In this document: piece by piece, positions 12,001 to 18,402 of the stretch | Position numbering within the stretch: position 1 is the first letter of the stretch | How the letters are laid out: the number at the start of each line of letters is the position of its first letter | Assembly (NCBI GenBank): GCA_048882385.1 | Contig: JBHLRQ010000017.1 | Location: 1-42,366 of the forward strand | Length of the DNA: 42,366 nt | Direction of reading: 5' to 3' | Origin: Candidatus Thorarchaeota archaeon | Lineage (GTDB): Archaea; Asgardarchaeota; Thorarchaeia; Thorarchaeales; Thorarchaeaceae | Translations under genes and position numbers: made by a program | The notes under the pieces: model-generated | What the model was told of the DNA's origin: nothing | The model's database searches: none | The model's input: only the letters and a program-made list of their open reading frames with translations

Positions 12001-14079
12001 GCCAATGCTTCAATAGCATACTTTGGGGATATCGTGAGATTCACTGTTACTGCAACACGACAATACGACAATAGCAAGGTCGCCATATTGACCACTGAAA
12101 CTTTGAGGAATGGTACACTTCTATTTCCGAACAATTTCACTGATACATGGAATGGACCTGGAGATACTCATCTGCAATACCTTGTTGTTGACGCTATTGA
12201 TGGGGTCTATGGAATTACGGAATTTGATTCTTTAATGGTAGAAGTGTTCTGGACAGATGCTCCAATAATAAGTATCAATCCTGCATTCACTAGTGATCCC
12301 GATGGTCGTACAAATATTGGAACGGTAGTCACTGTCTATTTCCATTGTCTATGGTTGGAAAATTCCAGTGATGTTGACTCTGGACTGCTATATATCAACG
12401 ATATTCCATATTCGATGAACGAAACAGGATGGGTCGTTTTTACTGATTCCAGTTCAGATGTCATTATCCGGTGGTGGAATGTTACAGGCGTCGATGCATA
12501 TGGAGTAACACTTCTGGCAACTCCTGTTCCTACGCTAAATATGATATGGGATGCAATTGCAATTACGAAAATGGAGGCTGAAGATTATCGTATAAATATA
12601 GGCGAAAGAATGGAACTCGCCTATGATGGTGTGTATATGTATGATGGCACACCCTATGATGGAATTTTGGCACTTAATGATACAAACTTCCGCTACGGTG
12701 ATGTTGGTCGGAGAGGATATACCATTGAATCTGCATATGGCGATACAACATATGGCATTTCAGTTATTCTAGTGAATAACCAAACGAGTGTCATTTGGGA
12801 TGGACTCATTATTAACCTCTCAGTTGAAAATAACCGAGTAAGTATTGGTACAACAGTAACTATTCAGAACTCAGCGACCTATGCATTTGATGGAGCTATT
12901 TTTGATGGGTTATTGCATTTGAATGACCCTACGGATTCATTGCCCTTTGTTGGGATGCGTGTTTACACGGTCCTACCGGAACTAATCATTCCGGGATCTT
13001 TCGGAATCAAAGCTGTTGTTACCAATGATGAAATTACTGTTATCTGGGATGCCCACGAGGTTTCTTGGAGTGGCATAGAACGTGAACGCTGCGACTTAGG
13101 TGATTCAGTCCAGGTTAGATTTAGAGTGATATACGCATATGATAGTGTGCTGTTTACAGATCTTGAGGGAACTCTAACGATAAACGGTAGAGAGGCAACT
13201 TATGACTCATTCAATCAATACTGGTATATCTCAGTATCACAAAACGAACCCGGTCAATTCCAATATCAGGTCGATAATGTAACAGACTACACAACAGCTG
13301 TGAAAACTCTTATTCATACCGCTGAATATGTCACTGCTAGATTCGACAGTGTTTATGTGTGGCTTGCGGGAGTTAGCAACTCAGAGAGAGATGCTATTGC
13401 TCCTGTCACCTTGAATGCTACAGTAGGAAGCAACATCATCGTTTACTTCCAGCTGCGGTATATGTCAGACAACACTTCCCTTGATGGTTCAATTGCGACG
13501 GTCTTCATCAATGGTGAAGAGGCGATATTCAACACTGCAACCCAGCGATGGGAAGCAACATTTGTTGGGACTGGTATTGGTATTGTGATTTATCACATTG
13601 ATTCATTCCAAGACCAGTATGGACTAACTCAGGTGGACCATAGGAATAAAGCACCTAGTGTGAATTGGTACATTCCACCTATTCCACAAGATGTTCTATA
13701 CATTGGCACTTTTACAATAGCTAGTCTCGCTGTTGTATTATTTATCACTAGAACTAGGAAACGAGTTACCAAACTTGAGCATGCACTCTCACCGGAAGAG
13801 CTCCTCTCTCTGGAAGAAGTTGGTATTTCGAGTAGTATGAGAGAGCAAATCATCACTCAACTTGAGTGGTTGCGAGATTTATCTGAGGATATTCCATTCA
13901 CAGGTACTGCTGTTCTCACGGTACTAAATGAAGAATTAACGAAGGCTAAACAAATGTACATTAGGGCATTTGAATTAGAACCCCCTACAGAACCTGCTGG
14001 TAAGCGATTGAAAGAGATGCTACTCGAACGTATTGATTCAGTCCTGAAGGCAATTGAAAAAGAAATGGAACGTCGCTAA
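1..14079 (+). CDS. Giant repetitive cell-surface (adhesin/S-layer-like) single-pass membrane protein, 5'-truncated by the window edge
   Basis: Frame is open from base 1 (TFTIRFKGGLETGDSTM...) and there is no signal peptide after M49, so the real start is upstream. About 35 '[IV]WD' junction motifs spaced ~100 aa apart, beta-strand-rich Ser/Thr/Asp composition, many N-x-S/T sequons, a C-terminal TM helix (VLYIGTFTIASLAVVLFI followed by TRTRKR) and a ~105-aa cytoplasmic tail. Confidence 0.9.
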   Translation, partial: TFTIRFKGGLETGDSTMSQWSIDATLLSTWNNIPSIDAQPMISNIDDGSFMYARARDYLITANVSDQDGFADIQNVRFSLYSDDRLSLYWSVEYDENTDSFDEYEDSFDYITLDTIASDSLKVGNDIDITFHIAIEWNHPDITGTDVQCIVVDSKSENSTNWYEVNWDIETRLDITGINTDDNLGTVDRGSLDGLFFTSGTVTYYGSTLNPPTDEIDVWVSSSEYGTTTGPWIDSTLISGLFNVSCFADDEVGIDTLTVKVVEEGTGSGGSDLLQTSVVDTYISDCIEFYESGVDDSRIDVDTVGLTSWSARYQYDSLSISSGLTASLNGSKVLSWNGSHWIFQESKSIVQKVGYSIESAVEDSHGISKWTQTAANTTIIWDRILILTTSTQNGRIDYGTSADIRVTAELEFDGHPLGIEDSLNMNDTVMIWVGLYYQFQPQFFQVGLWVFFVNASGAEELTYGITAISTSGNQIDQIWDRIQILTTAATDGRIDYGTSTTINVTAQLEFDGTPLGNEDTLRMNDTAMIWDTDHFYLATGAYSMVGLLNYFVNTTGALETSFGITVVDPNSIGSSVIWDRILITSTISQDTRIDIGSLADLRITAMLEYDGHLLGFGDTLLMNNTATTWINPYFRLQPQFFKVGLWRFYVNSTGAMENTFQITVVNLGGLYIDQIWDRIVVLTTSTQDDRIDFGTAADIRVTARLQYDNHPLDSVDTLYMNDTSMAWVSSYFLLQPQFSMVDSWLFFVNSSNAFEATYGISVVYLDGNSVIQIWDRIEFYQSGVVDDRIDVDDTGVVYWNARYEYDGFEITDGILTAALNGSKALMWNSVNLRWEYSESRSFVQLIGYEISSASETTYGLSSWVQNADNQSVIWDQIEFYSAGTVDGRININTVGTTWWRARYAYDNVEITSSLSAILNGTKILSWNGVSAWWEYGESYSAVQSMGYGLASASESLYSLTEFIQLAANTSIIWDKITVQSTTVDNSHLNVGGTAQIRVTLWLEYDHSFLGSGDTVLVNSTDMIWDEGNSWFTLDVSFTTVGKWTFFVNSSLESTSGISEVDRNSQSIDVIWDRILILSISADDSRVNIGDTVELNITAKLEYTGSGDHFLGLGDTLYMGGVAMTWSIPNNCFVYSTSQSSVGLWEYYVNSSNAYEANYGISVVNLDSHIQDVVWDQLVIDIQADVEYTLNNQQVNFTLSVTYDYDQSICTTYEILIARNNTDWFTFDFLNRTRFNDTNSDVLYQYNASSVLSETMYGIILYITNTETVNWTDYIPIVPVNEAPPNLLNPDDTDNMYARLRYYMITTNVSDENGFQDIRLVSLLLFSDDRATNYWTVIFTTTNSSFSIKNGSSYISLGSCTFEQGGTWLNITWYIKISWNHPNLVDIDMKQYVSNTFTTASDWYESNWDVETRLDYSSIPFLSSTRGDVNTNSLVAQGVIVYYASTLYPLTNETDFWIIHDVSGSWLGEVDGFGNLLITAIGSSASVRVNTYTFKMVAQGDGSSGSDLYYDTSPTDTFITDRIEFYISGVDDGRIDVGEIGTTYWTARYDYDDVVLSSGLTAFLTGSKSLSWNGTHWVYSEARAGIELQQYGILSASETLYGLTTWIQATSDASIIWDRILITSTTANDNRVNINSNVELYVTAQLEYDGHLLESLDTLFMDDLQMIWDGGNLRFDLVRTQGSVGSWRFFVNISNALESTFGITVVNQDGKFQDIIWDRISVQMTSPDDNRVNVNDIVQVRVSLKLEYDNTYLGSGDTVILADQVMSWDESNSWFELDVSNSDVGLWTFYVNSSSMTAYGITELFLNNTQTDVVWDRIRILSTSAEDNRIDYGTSTTISVTAELEYDGFLLGLGDALYINDTQMTWSTDHFESVTGTYSMIGQITYFVNISSALESTYGISLVNLNNQASVVIWDRIRIVTTTTVDGRIDFGTAADIRVTALLEYDSHPLVSGDVLYMDGQVMSWVSTYFQYQPIRNEVGSWIYFVNSSNALEATYGISVVNLDSKMIEQIWDRILIITTTTQDGRINYGAQADIRVTAQLEFDGHPLSADDTLYMNGTQMTWVSSYFQLQPQFTYVGKWAFFVNSSNALEDTYGISYINRAGNMVEQIWDRIQISTTIADDNRVDLGTVVTISVTAQLEFDSHSLGDSDTVYLDNTQMSWNIDHFEYQTSKLAVGLWRYYVNSSLASEITYGITSMNPSIIWTDVVWDRIFILTATTSDDRLDFGAYATISVIALLEYDNHPLGSADVLYMDNTGMTWNIDHFEYQTSKSEIGLWRYFVNSSNALESSYGITLLNLNSNFNDIIWDRIEFYQSGVLDGRVDVNSIGETWWRARYEYDGIEIDDTKGFSALLNGSKTLLWDSVSVRWRYQESSVSVQKIGYKIFSASESVYDLTQWIVTSTNTSIIWDQILVIAYSADDYRIDIDTASSCQVTIIFDFDDSFVSDGTISINGISAAYSGSNGVWNFDEIKSVAQLVTYNTVAASSNVHGITAVNQNSQTLIIVWDSLTITITVTDSRIDVETIATIVPTAVYDYDGSSYDGTLQLNDTIFQQDTPSYRGYTVQSASGDSHGISVIRQNMEVSCIWDSLTVTITVVDSRINVGATASISATAVYNFDNTPFDGTLSLNDTTLQQVSVGARAYKVDSASGDTHGITVIGNNDVKVVIWDRLRVLSYSVTDARCDLGSIQEVTALIIREYDSVLFTGTMGAVFLNGSAMSWDSVDLRWTQLRTSSIVSRLTFRVNVITDSQYGISAINTPSGPSIIWDALSVSISVSDNRINIGDSASIIPEATYLYDGATYDGTLILNHTVFMYDTAQRRNYTVNSAVGDDSYGVTVIEINDEVFCIWDSITILINGPSDKRIDVNTNASGIVVSAIYDYDSTDYDGSLVLNDTVFSYSFAQKRGYKVLFAVGDDSFGITAIRQNSETYCIWDSLSISITDPIDQRINIGENASGIVVSATYDFDGMLYDGTLVLNDTQFLYSIVGKRGYRVLIASGDDSYGITAISSFDDTFCIWDQLRIEILVDGASIYNGQQANFTVTVRYDYDFTFCTTYELVIARNLTVWNVFTNSNKTLFKDINSDAVYYYNASYVNYETQYGITAFFTTTQKVTWSEAPNQVPINITDFPDMLENPDDSDNLYAMYKFYVITTNVSDGNGYGEIEYVEISLYDNFRTQAVWTIRYTVITDTFTIEIGTDSIILASGSSAVGVGNQLEIKWIIKITWDHLDLTDIDMMQFVTDGIDTDEDFYEVNWDVETRLEITNLTISDGFGTDNRGELDGSITVTGTLVYLGSGDDYPLSNETDVWVSSSQYGSFVGPWSDLTLLSGQFSLTVYADDTVGQDILTIIAVEEDSGSGGEDLLSIPSQSSYIVDNILVQSYSADDSRVNINDILNLDVTLTYAYDLSPVLDGSVTVNSIVATHIGSGIWRISVSSSFVQEIIYNTIAYTGGAHGLTQVNQNGKFQNIIWDSLTIAITDPIDNRINIFENASGIVVSATYDFDNAAYDGSLVLNNTVFSYDSARKEGYKVLFASGDDSYGITVIRLNAETFCIWDSLTISISDPYDQRVNIDTNASGIVVTAVYDYDNSPFDGTLTLNNTQFTSAITQRISYGIQSVSGGIHGISAISSDDETYCIWDGIIISITNPSNQRINVNQNASGIVVTAWYDYDYLIYDGTITLNETSFVSTDVTKRGYTVLNAVGDDSHGITYILSNSETWCIWDQITVLSYQASDSRDNVGDYIWVDVNLKYEYDDTPVDDGFVTINGFIFQHIAGGVWRHNRSESIVSDIIFDSVSCSDNIYGIQEVNQNSQSQVIIWDMIAVSISVDDRRIDVGSTASIQMSATYVYDGELFDGILTLNDTVILHQDVGRWNYTIISASGDSYGISLIGSNDEDYVIWDRLRIVSYSIDMDDSRINVDEVQNVYVEVIYEYDSIVFQGIFGFVYMNGSAMTWDPGNQYWYRSYSYSSPVGNVFQVSEITDLIYGLTVVVEDVSPKFIIWDKLNVVIEANASIAYFGDIVRFTVTATRQYDNSKVAILTTETLRNGTLLFPNNFTDTWNGPGDTHLQYLVVDAIDGVYGITEFDSLMVEVFWTDAPIISINPAFTSDPDGRTNIGTVVTVYFHCLWLENSSDVDSGLLYINDIPYSMNETGWVVFTDSSSDVIIRWWNVTGVDAYGVTLLATPVPTLNMIWDAIAITKMEAEDYRINIGERMELAYDGVYMYDGTPYDGILALNDTNFRYGDVGRRGYTIESAYGDTTYGISVILVNNQTSVIWDGLIINLSVENNRVSIGTTVTIQNSATYAFDGAIFDGLLHLNDPTDSLPFVGMRVYTVLPELIIPGSFGIKAVVTNDEITVIWDAHEVSWSGIERERCDLGDSVQVRFRVIYAYDSVLFTDLEGTLTINGREATYDSFNQYWYISVSQNEPGQFQYQVDNVTDYTTAVKTLIHTAEYVTARFDSVYVWLAGVSNSERDAIAPVTLNATVGSNIIVYFQLRYMSDNTSLDGSIATVFINGEEAIFNTATQRWEATFVGTGIGIVIYHIDSFQDQYGLTQVDHRNKAPSVNWYIPPIPQDVLYIGTFTIASLAVVLFITRTRKRVTKLEHALSPEELLSLEEVGISSSMREQIITQLEWLRDLSEDIPFTGTAVLTVLNEELTKAKQMYIRAFELEPPTEPAGKRLKEMLLERIDSVLKAIEKEMERR
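860..13400 (+). repeat. Tandem ~98-100-codon protein-domain repeats (several subtypes) within the giant gene
   Basis: Recurring IWDRI...D.RI..G....I.VTA.LE[FY]D.H.L...D.LYM..T.M.W, IEFY.SGV.D.RI.V...G.T.W.ARY.YD and WDSL.I.I....RIN...NASGIVV.A.YD.D...YDG.L.LN.T units. A 25-bp exact DNA repeat (CATTTCGAATATCAAACCTCCAAAT) occurs at 6490 and 6784, 294 bp apart. Confidence 0.9.
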
Positions 14080-14081
14080 TT

Positions 14082-15128
14082 CTACTCGGTTTCAGTTACT
14101 TCAACCGTTAGGTTTCTGAAGGTCTTTTCAAGCAGGAGATCGGCTTCTTGTTGGACTTTGTCACTCAGAACTTTTCCATGCCAATTTTCGGGCGGACAAA
14201 TCTCAAGAAATCCTTTGAGAAAATTGCTTAAAGAAATCCTTGCCATGAAATTCTCTTTGTCAGCAATTAATGCTCCCATGTATTCACCTTGGTGTTCCAT
14301 GATGATTGTCTTTCCCTCATGTGTTAAAGATCTAATCCTTCCTGCATCTGGAAATAACTCAATACCAACTGAAGTGACTGCAGAGAGTAATCCGTATACC
14401 AGTAAATCAGCTTTTTGAAGTATAGTATTGAAATCATAGGTATAGATAGGAAGACCGTCCTTTGGTTTCATTATCACGAGTTGATAGAGCTTCACAGGAA
14501 CCACAATAGGTTTTCGTGATAGCTCCATCTCCATGAGCCTAGCAAAGACTCCAGGGATCTCTTCCAAACTTTCTTCAATATCTAATTCTTCCAACTCACT
14601 CCTTTCCGATTCAAAGGGAGGTCTCTCTAGACCTTGAACTTCCTTTATCTCTCGATTAATCACATTTACAACACTGGTGAGATTATTCTCAAGTGCCAAT
14701 GTTTTTGCCCTCAGCAAATCATGCTTGGCTCCAACTAGATCTTTTGCAGTTCTTTTGAGGATTGCTCGGAGGAGTAATGATTCAACCATTCCTGGTCCAA
14801 GATTCTGTTCTTCAGCAATTTGAGTCAGATTCTCAGAATAGTTGAAAGCAGCTTTGTAGTCTTTTTCTTCACCATGAATCTGGTATCTTTTCAAATGAAC
14901 TGATGCGAGCTGAACTTGTGATTTAATGACATAATCAAACATGTCACCTATAACCGCCATATTAAGCGCTTTTTCAAGTAGTTTAATTGCATCGTCTAAA
15001 TTCATTCGTTGGTGTAGTATAACACCCCTAGTATAACTCATAATGACGTTCCCTGCATCAAAGGCTTTTTCGCCTTCGCTCTTTTCAAAAAGAGGGCTAC
15101 TGGAATCGTCAGTCACGAGTATTTTCAC
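14082..15128 (-). CDS. TPR-like helical repeat protein with C-terminal longin/roadblock-like domain
   Basis: N-terminal half has TPR-like helices (AIKLLEKALNMA; AKHDLLRAKTLALE). The C-terminus (LVIMKPKDGLPIYTYDF...LLVYGLLSAVTSVGIELF...IRSLTHEGKTIIMEH..YMGALIADK) matches the pattern of Asgard longin-like domains as I recall it. GTG start. Confidence 0.7.
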   Translation of the reverse strand: MKILVTDDSSSPLFEKSEGEKAFDAGNVIMSYTRGVILHQRMNLDDAIKLLEKALNMAVIGDMFDYVIKSQVQLASVHLKRYQIHGEEKDYKAAFNYSENLTQIAEEQNLGPGMVESLLLRAILKRTAKDLVGAKHDLLRAKTLALENNLTSVVNVINREIKEVQGLERPPFESERSELEELDIEESLEEIPGVFARLMEMELSRKPIVVPVKLYQLVIMKPKDGLPIYTYDFNTILQKADLLVYGLLSAVTSVGIELFPDAGRIRSLTHEGKTIIMEHQGEYMGALIADKENFMARISLSNFLKGFLEICPPENWHGKVLSDKVQQEADLLLEKTFRNLTVEVTETE

Positions 15129-15253
15129 TCCGATTTAATTTTGAAACTCCTATTAGAATAATATAGAAGGAAGTATGACAAAAAGTTATTCCAGATTGGT
15201 TTTTTCTATTGCGATATTGCGGGATTCTCAGCAAATGTACATTCACGCCTTCT

Positions 15254-16474
15254 TTACTCCGATGATTCAATTCTCCTACGTAGAACTGAGATGAACAAAA
15301 GCATGATTATTGAAACCCCCAGTATTGCGAGATACAGAGAAGGCATTCCCAAATGAAAGAATGGTTCGTAAATCATCGGTATAAGAGCAACACCGAAGAA
15401 AGATGCTGATGTAACAATTCCAGCTAACGCCCCTCTACGCTCAGGAGAAAGAACTTGACTGAATGTGATCATCAGAGGAAAAAGAACTCCTCCTGCCCAT
15501 CCCATTAATGCAAGTGCAAGAGCAACAAATGGAATTGAATTTGCAGCAGTTATATCACCAATGAGGAGGAACAGTGAAAGTGATGTGAAGAGGGGAATCG
15601 CACCGATTGCAATTGAGAAGCCAATTCCTTTTTCTCGAATTATTCTTCCAAGTGAAATTCCAGCAACTGCTCCTAGGACACCTGCGATAAGGAGCATAAT
15701 TCCTGTAGTGGTTTCACTTGCGGCCCCTGTCAATCCACGTGAAGTCCAGACGAGTGTTCCAAGATATGTCAGAGTGATTAGAAAAGTTGTTATCAACATC
15801 AGTAAGACAACAGACTTTCTTAGTTCAATTTTCAGATTGATAACTAATTGTCGTATTCCTGAATCAGGTGGAGTTCTTTTCGGAGGTCTTTTCGCGAGGG
15901 AGAGTGCTACAAGGCCTAGAAAAGCAATTGAGAGCATAAGAAGGTAATAATACTCCCAACCTAGAAGTGCAACCTGTCCAGCAATGAACGGTCCTAGTCC
16001 AACTCCAAATGACGCTAGACCAGAAGCAATTCCCATCCTTTTTGGAATATCTTGAGGATTTGCACTGTCAGACAGCAATGCAAGCAGAACAGGATTCACA
16101 AATCCAAATCCAATTCCAGCAACCAAGTGTCCAAAAGCGAACATTGTAATGGATGATGAAAACGATATCAGGAAGAGTCCTGCCAAGAAACCAATGAGAC
16201 CACATACAATAACTGGCACTCTTCCATAACTGTCGGATAATGCTCCTGAAAAGAGCTGGAAAGTAGCAAAGGGGAACATGAATGAGGGAATCGAAATCAG
16301 AACTGCTGTAGGATCCACAAGGAAATCTGCAGCCACTGGACCTAGAAGGGTCAAAACTGCATTCCCAACTAGGGGTCCAATCCCAAACAGGATATATGAA
16401 ACCAACTCGATTGTTCTGAAGCTCTCCGGCTGTCCGAATTGGCGTTCAATGGGTTCTACTTCATGTTCACTCAT
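15254..16474 (-). CDS. MFS transporter (drug:H+ antiporter-like)
   Basis: About 12 hydrophobic segments, MFS motif A (GALSDSYGRVPV) and a motif C-like GVGLGPFIAG. Confidence 0.9.
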   Translation of the reverse strand: MSEHEVEPIERQFGQPESFRTIELVSYILFGIGPLVGNAVLTLLGPVAADFLVDPTAVLISIPSFMFPFATFQLFSGALSDSYGRVPVIVCGLIGFLAGLFLISFSSSITMFAFGHLVAGIGFGFVNPVLLALLSDSANPQDIPKRMGIASGLASFGVGLGPFIAGQVALLGWEYYYLLMLSIAFLGLVALSLAKRPPKRTPPDSGIRQLVINLKIELRKSVVLLMLITTFLITLTYLGTLVWTSRGLTGAASETTTGIMLLIAGVLGAVAGISLGRIIREKGIGFSIAIGAIPLFTSLSLFLLIGDITAANSIPFVALALALMGWAGGVLFPLMITFSQVLSPERRGALAGIVTSASFFGVALIPMIYEPFFHLGMPSLYLAILGVSIIMLLFISVLRRRIESSE

Positions 16475-16511
16475 GATTTTGTGACCACCTGCTCAAAGAA
16501 GTTAACCATTG

Positions 16512-17378
16512 TTAAATGCTTTGGTCTGTTGAATAGTACCTGTAAAAACTAACCTTCAACTTCTGTAGATAGCTTTCCAACCATCTCTTTGCCGTACTCT
16601 TCTCCTTGTGAGTCTCAAGAACAGAATAAGCTTGTTTGATGAGTCCTATGTCAGGAAGGTCAATAGCATCAATTGATTTCCCGTCCTCAATCTCAGAAAT
16701 GATGAATTCATGGAGCTCCTTGAAGAATTTGATCTGGACATCTAGGTGTTTATCAGCATCATGAATCACATCACCGTGACCAGGAACGATGATCTTGACT
16801 TTCATCCTCTTGAACTTCTCAAACGCAGCAATATGTTCTGCAGGGTTGCCATCACTCTTGGGACGGTTTTGATAGAAACCCATGAAGGGTAGTCCAAAGT
16901 TGGCACTCCTTTCAAAGATGAGATCACCCACGAATAAGACTTTGTCTTTTGGAACTAACGCAACACTTGAACCAATCGTATGACCACCGACATGTTGAAG
17001 TTCCAGCTGATTGCTTTCTCCAAGAATAAGCATATCGTCGAATGTTTCAACATTCCACTTTCCCAATTTGACACTTCGAGGAATATCTTCGTAACATTTT
17101 GTACTAATAACGAGAGTGATGTCCTTGAATGCGCTCATTCCTTTTCTATGATCAGGATGAGTATGTGTCAAAAACATATGACTCACAGGAAGATCGAAAT
17201 GAGTTTCTAATGCACAACGCATTGATTTACCAATTTCAGGGGAGTCGCCTGATTCAATTGCCACAGTACTTTTTCCAATAGACACCCCACCAAGAGTTGA
17301 ACATCGCCGTTTCCTTTGAGTTGATGTATCCACTACAACTCCTGATGTCAGTTCATCAAATTGAACCATCTGAATCAT
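16512..17378 (-). CDS. Metallo-beta-lactamase fold hydrolase (glyoxalase II/cyclase-like)
   Basis: THTHPDH (HxHxDH), GGHT, LFVGDL and VPGHG metal-binding motifs. Confidence 0.9.
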   Translation of the reverse strand: MIQMVQFDELTSGVVVDTSTQRKRRCSTLGGVSIGKSTVAIESGDSPEIGKSMRCALETHFDLPVSHMFLTHTHPDHRKGMSAFKDITLVISTKCYEDIPRSVKLGKWNVETFDDMLILGESNQLELQHVGGHTIGSSVALVPKDKVLFVGDLIFERSANFGLPFMGFYQNRPKSDGNPAEHIAAFEKFKRMKVKIIVPGHGDVIHDADKHLDVQIKFFKELHEFIISEIEDGKSIDAIDLPDIGLIKQAYSVLETHKEKSTAKRWLESYLQKLKVSFYRYYSTDQSI

Positions 17379-17545
17379 GGAGTCAGAGAATCATGGACTA
17401 ATAAGTAACTTCCATTTAATTCTTGAAAACTGAGTAGCTTATCTTTAACCTCTGTTAATGCCTAGCATTAGGTGTGAGAGGTACTTTCTATACTGCACTC
17501 ATGTAATTATTTCGCATTCATGGCGTTCATTCTCTCAGGGAAGTC

Positions 17546-17806
17546 CTACTCTTCTAGCAGCCTGTTGATGTCGTCTACTTTTATCTCAAGTGCTGATAAT
17601 CTCTCTCCCATGTTCTCCATCTTTGCCCTCATTTCAGCTCCCATTTCTCCTCCCGGATCTTGTTTAATTATGGTTCCAGTGAGGACAAGGGTCAATATGA
17701 TGACTGGGATGGAAAATCCAGCATAGTCCCCGAAATAGCTAAGGACACCGATGATGATCGCACTTCCGATCCAGACGCCAGCTATCGCTGTTCCTCTATA
17801 ATCCAT
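17546..17806 (-). CDS. Small membrane protein (2 TM helices plus C-terminal coiled coil)
   Basis: Two hydrophobic segments, then a heptad-like tail (MENMGERLSALEIKVDDINRLLEE). Overlaps the 3' end of the upstream ArsR gene. Confidence 0.75.
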   Translation of the reverse strand: MDYRGTAIAGVWIGSAIIIGVLSYFGDYAGFSIPVIILTLVLTGTIIKQDPGGEMGAEMRAKMENMGERLSALEIKVDDINRLLEE

Positions 17807-18110
17807 TCATTTCTTTTCTCCTTTTTAATGCACTAGGTGATATTTCGATGCGGAATTCCTTCAACTTGTAGTATCTCAGGGCTCTAGCCTCGTCTTCTAG
17901 AAGTACTGTTCTTGTTTCGACTAGGTCTGCTTTTTGGAGTTTGTTGAGGTGAACCTTGGCGAGTGCTCTGCTTATGCCGACCTCCTTAGCTATCTCGCTG
18001 AGATATTTCTCACCGTCAATCAGGGAGGTAAGTATCTTGAGTCGATACTCGTGGCCCAACGCGCTCAGCTTTTCTATGAGGTCTGTGTATTCCACATTCT
18101 TCACCGACAA
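17796..18110 (-). CDS. ArsR/SmtB family winged-HTH transcriptional regulator
   Basis: LSALGHEYRLKILTSL...YLSEIAKEVGISRALAKVHLNKLQKADLV...RYYKL pattern. TTG start about 25 nt below a TTATAT box. Confidence 0.88.
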   Translation of the reverse strand: MSVKNVEYTDLIEKLSALGHEYRLKILTSLIDGEKYLSEIAKEVGISRALAKVHLNKLQKADLVETRTVLLEDEARALRYYKLKEFRIEISPSALKRRKEMNGL

Positions 18111-18138
18111 TTACATGTAATAAAAAAATTACATATAA
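18110..18138 (-). promoter_or_regulatory. Probable autoregulatory operator and TATA box of the ArsR unit
   Basis: Palindrome ATTACATGTAAT (18110-18121) overlaps the inverted repeat ATGTAAT-N6-ATTACAT (18115-18134). Minus-strand TTATAT at 18133-18138. Confidence 0.65.
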
Positions 18139-18402
18139 GTATCTCTAACCCAGCAATGGATACTTTCATCAAGGCAACAGCAGTCTTCTAACTTGGTCAC
18201 TATCCACTGAACCGACGCGCTTATCTGTCACCTTCACCAATGCACACCTTTGCGTGTGAGGTCAGGAGGATGTGCAAGCACTACGAAACATCCGACGATG
18301 TGTTCGTGGACAGCTTTTCTGGTATTGGTGGCCATCATACCTATCAAAAGGACCTTCTTCTAACTGATACAATCGGAAACATGCATACAATTTATTCGAA
18401 GT

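Noticed and set aside
1100-13100. Regularly spaced ATCTGGGA/TGGGAT motifs as a CRISPR-like or DNA repeat array
   Set aside because: Spacing is ~300 bp and in frame. They are the IWD codons of protein-domain repeats.
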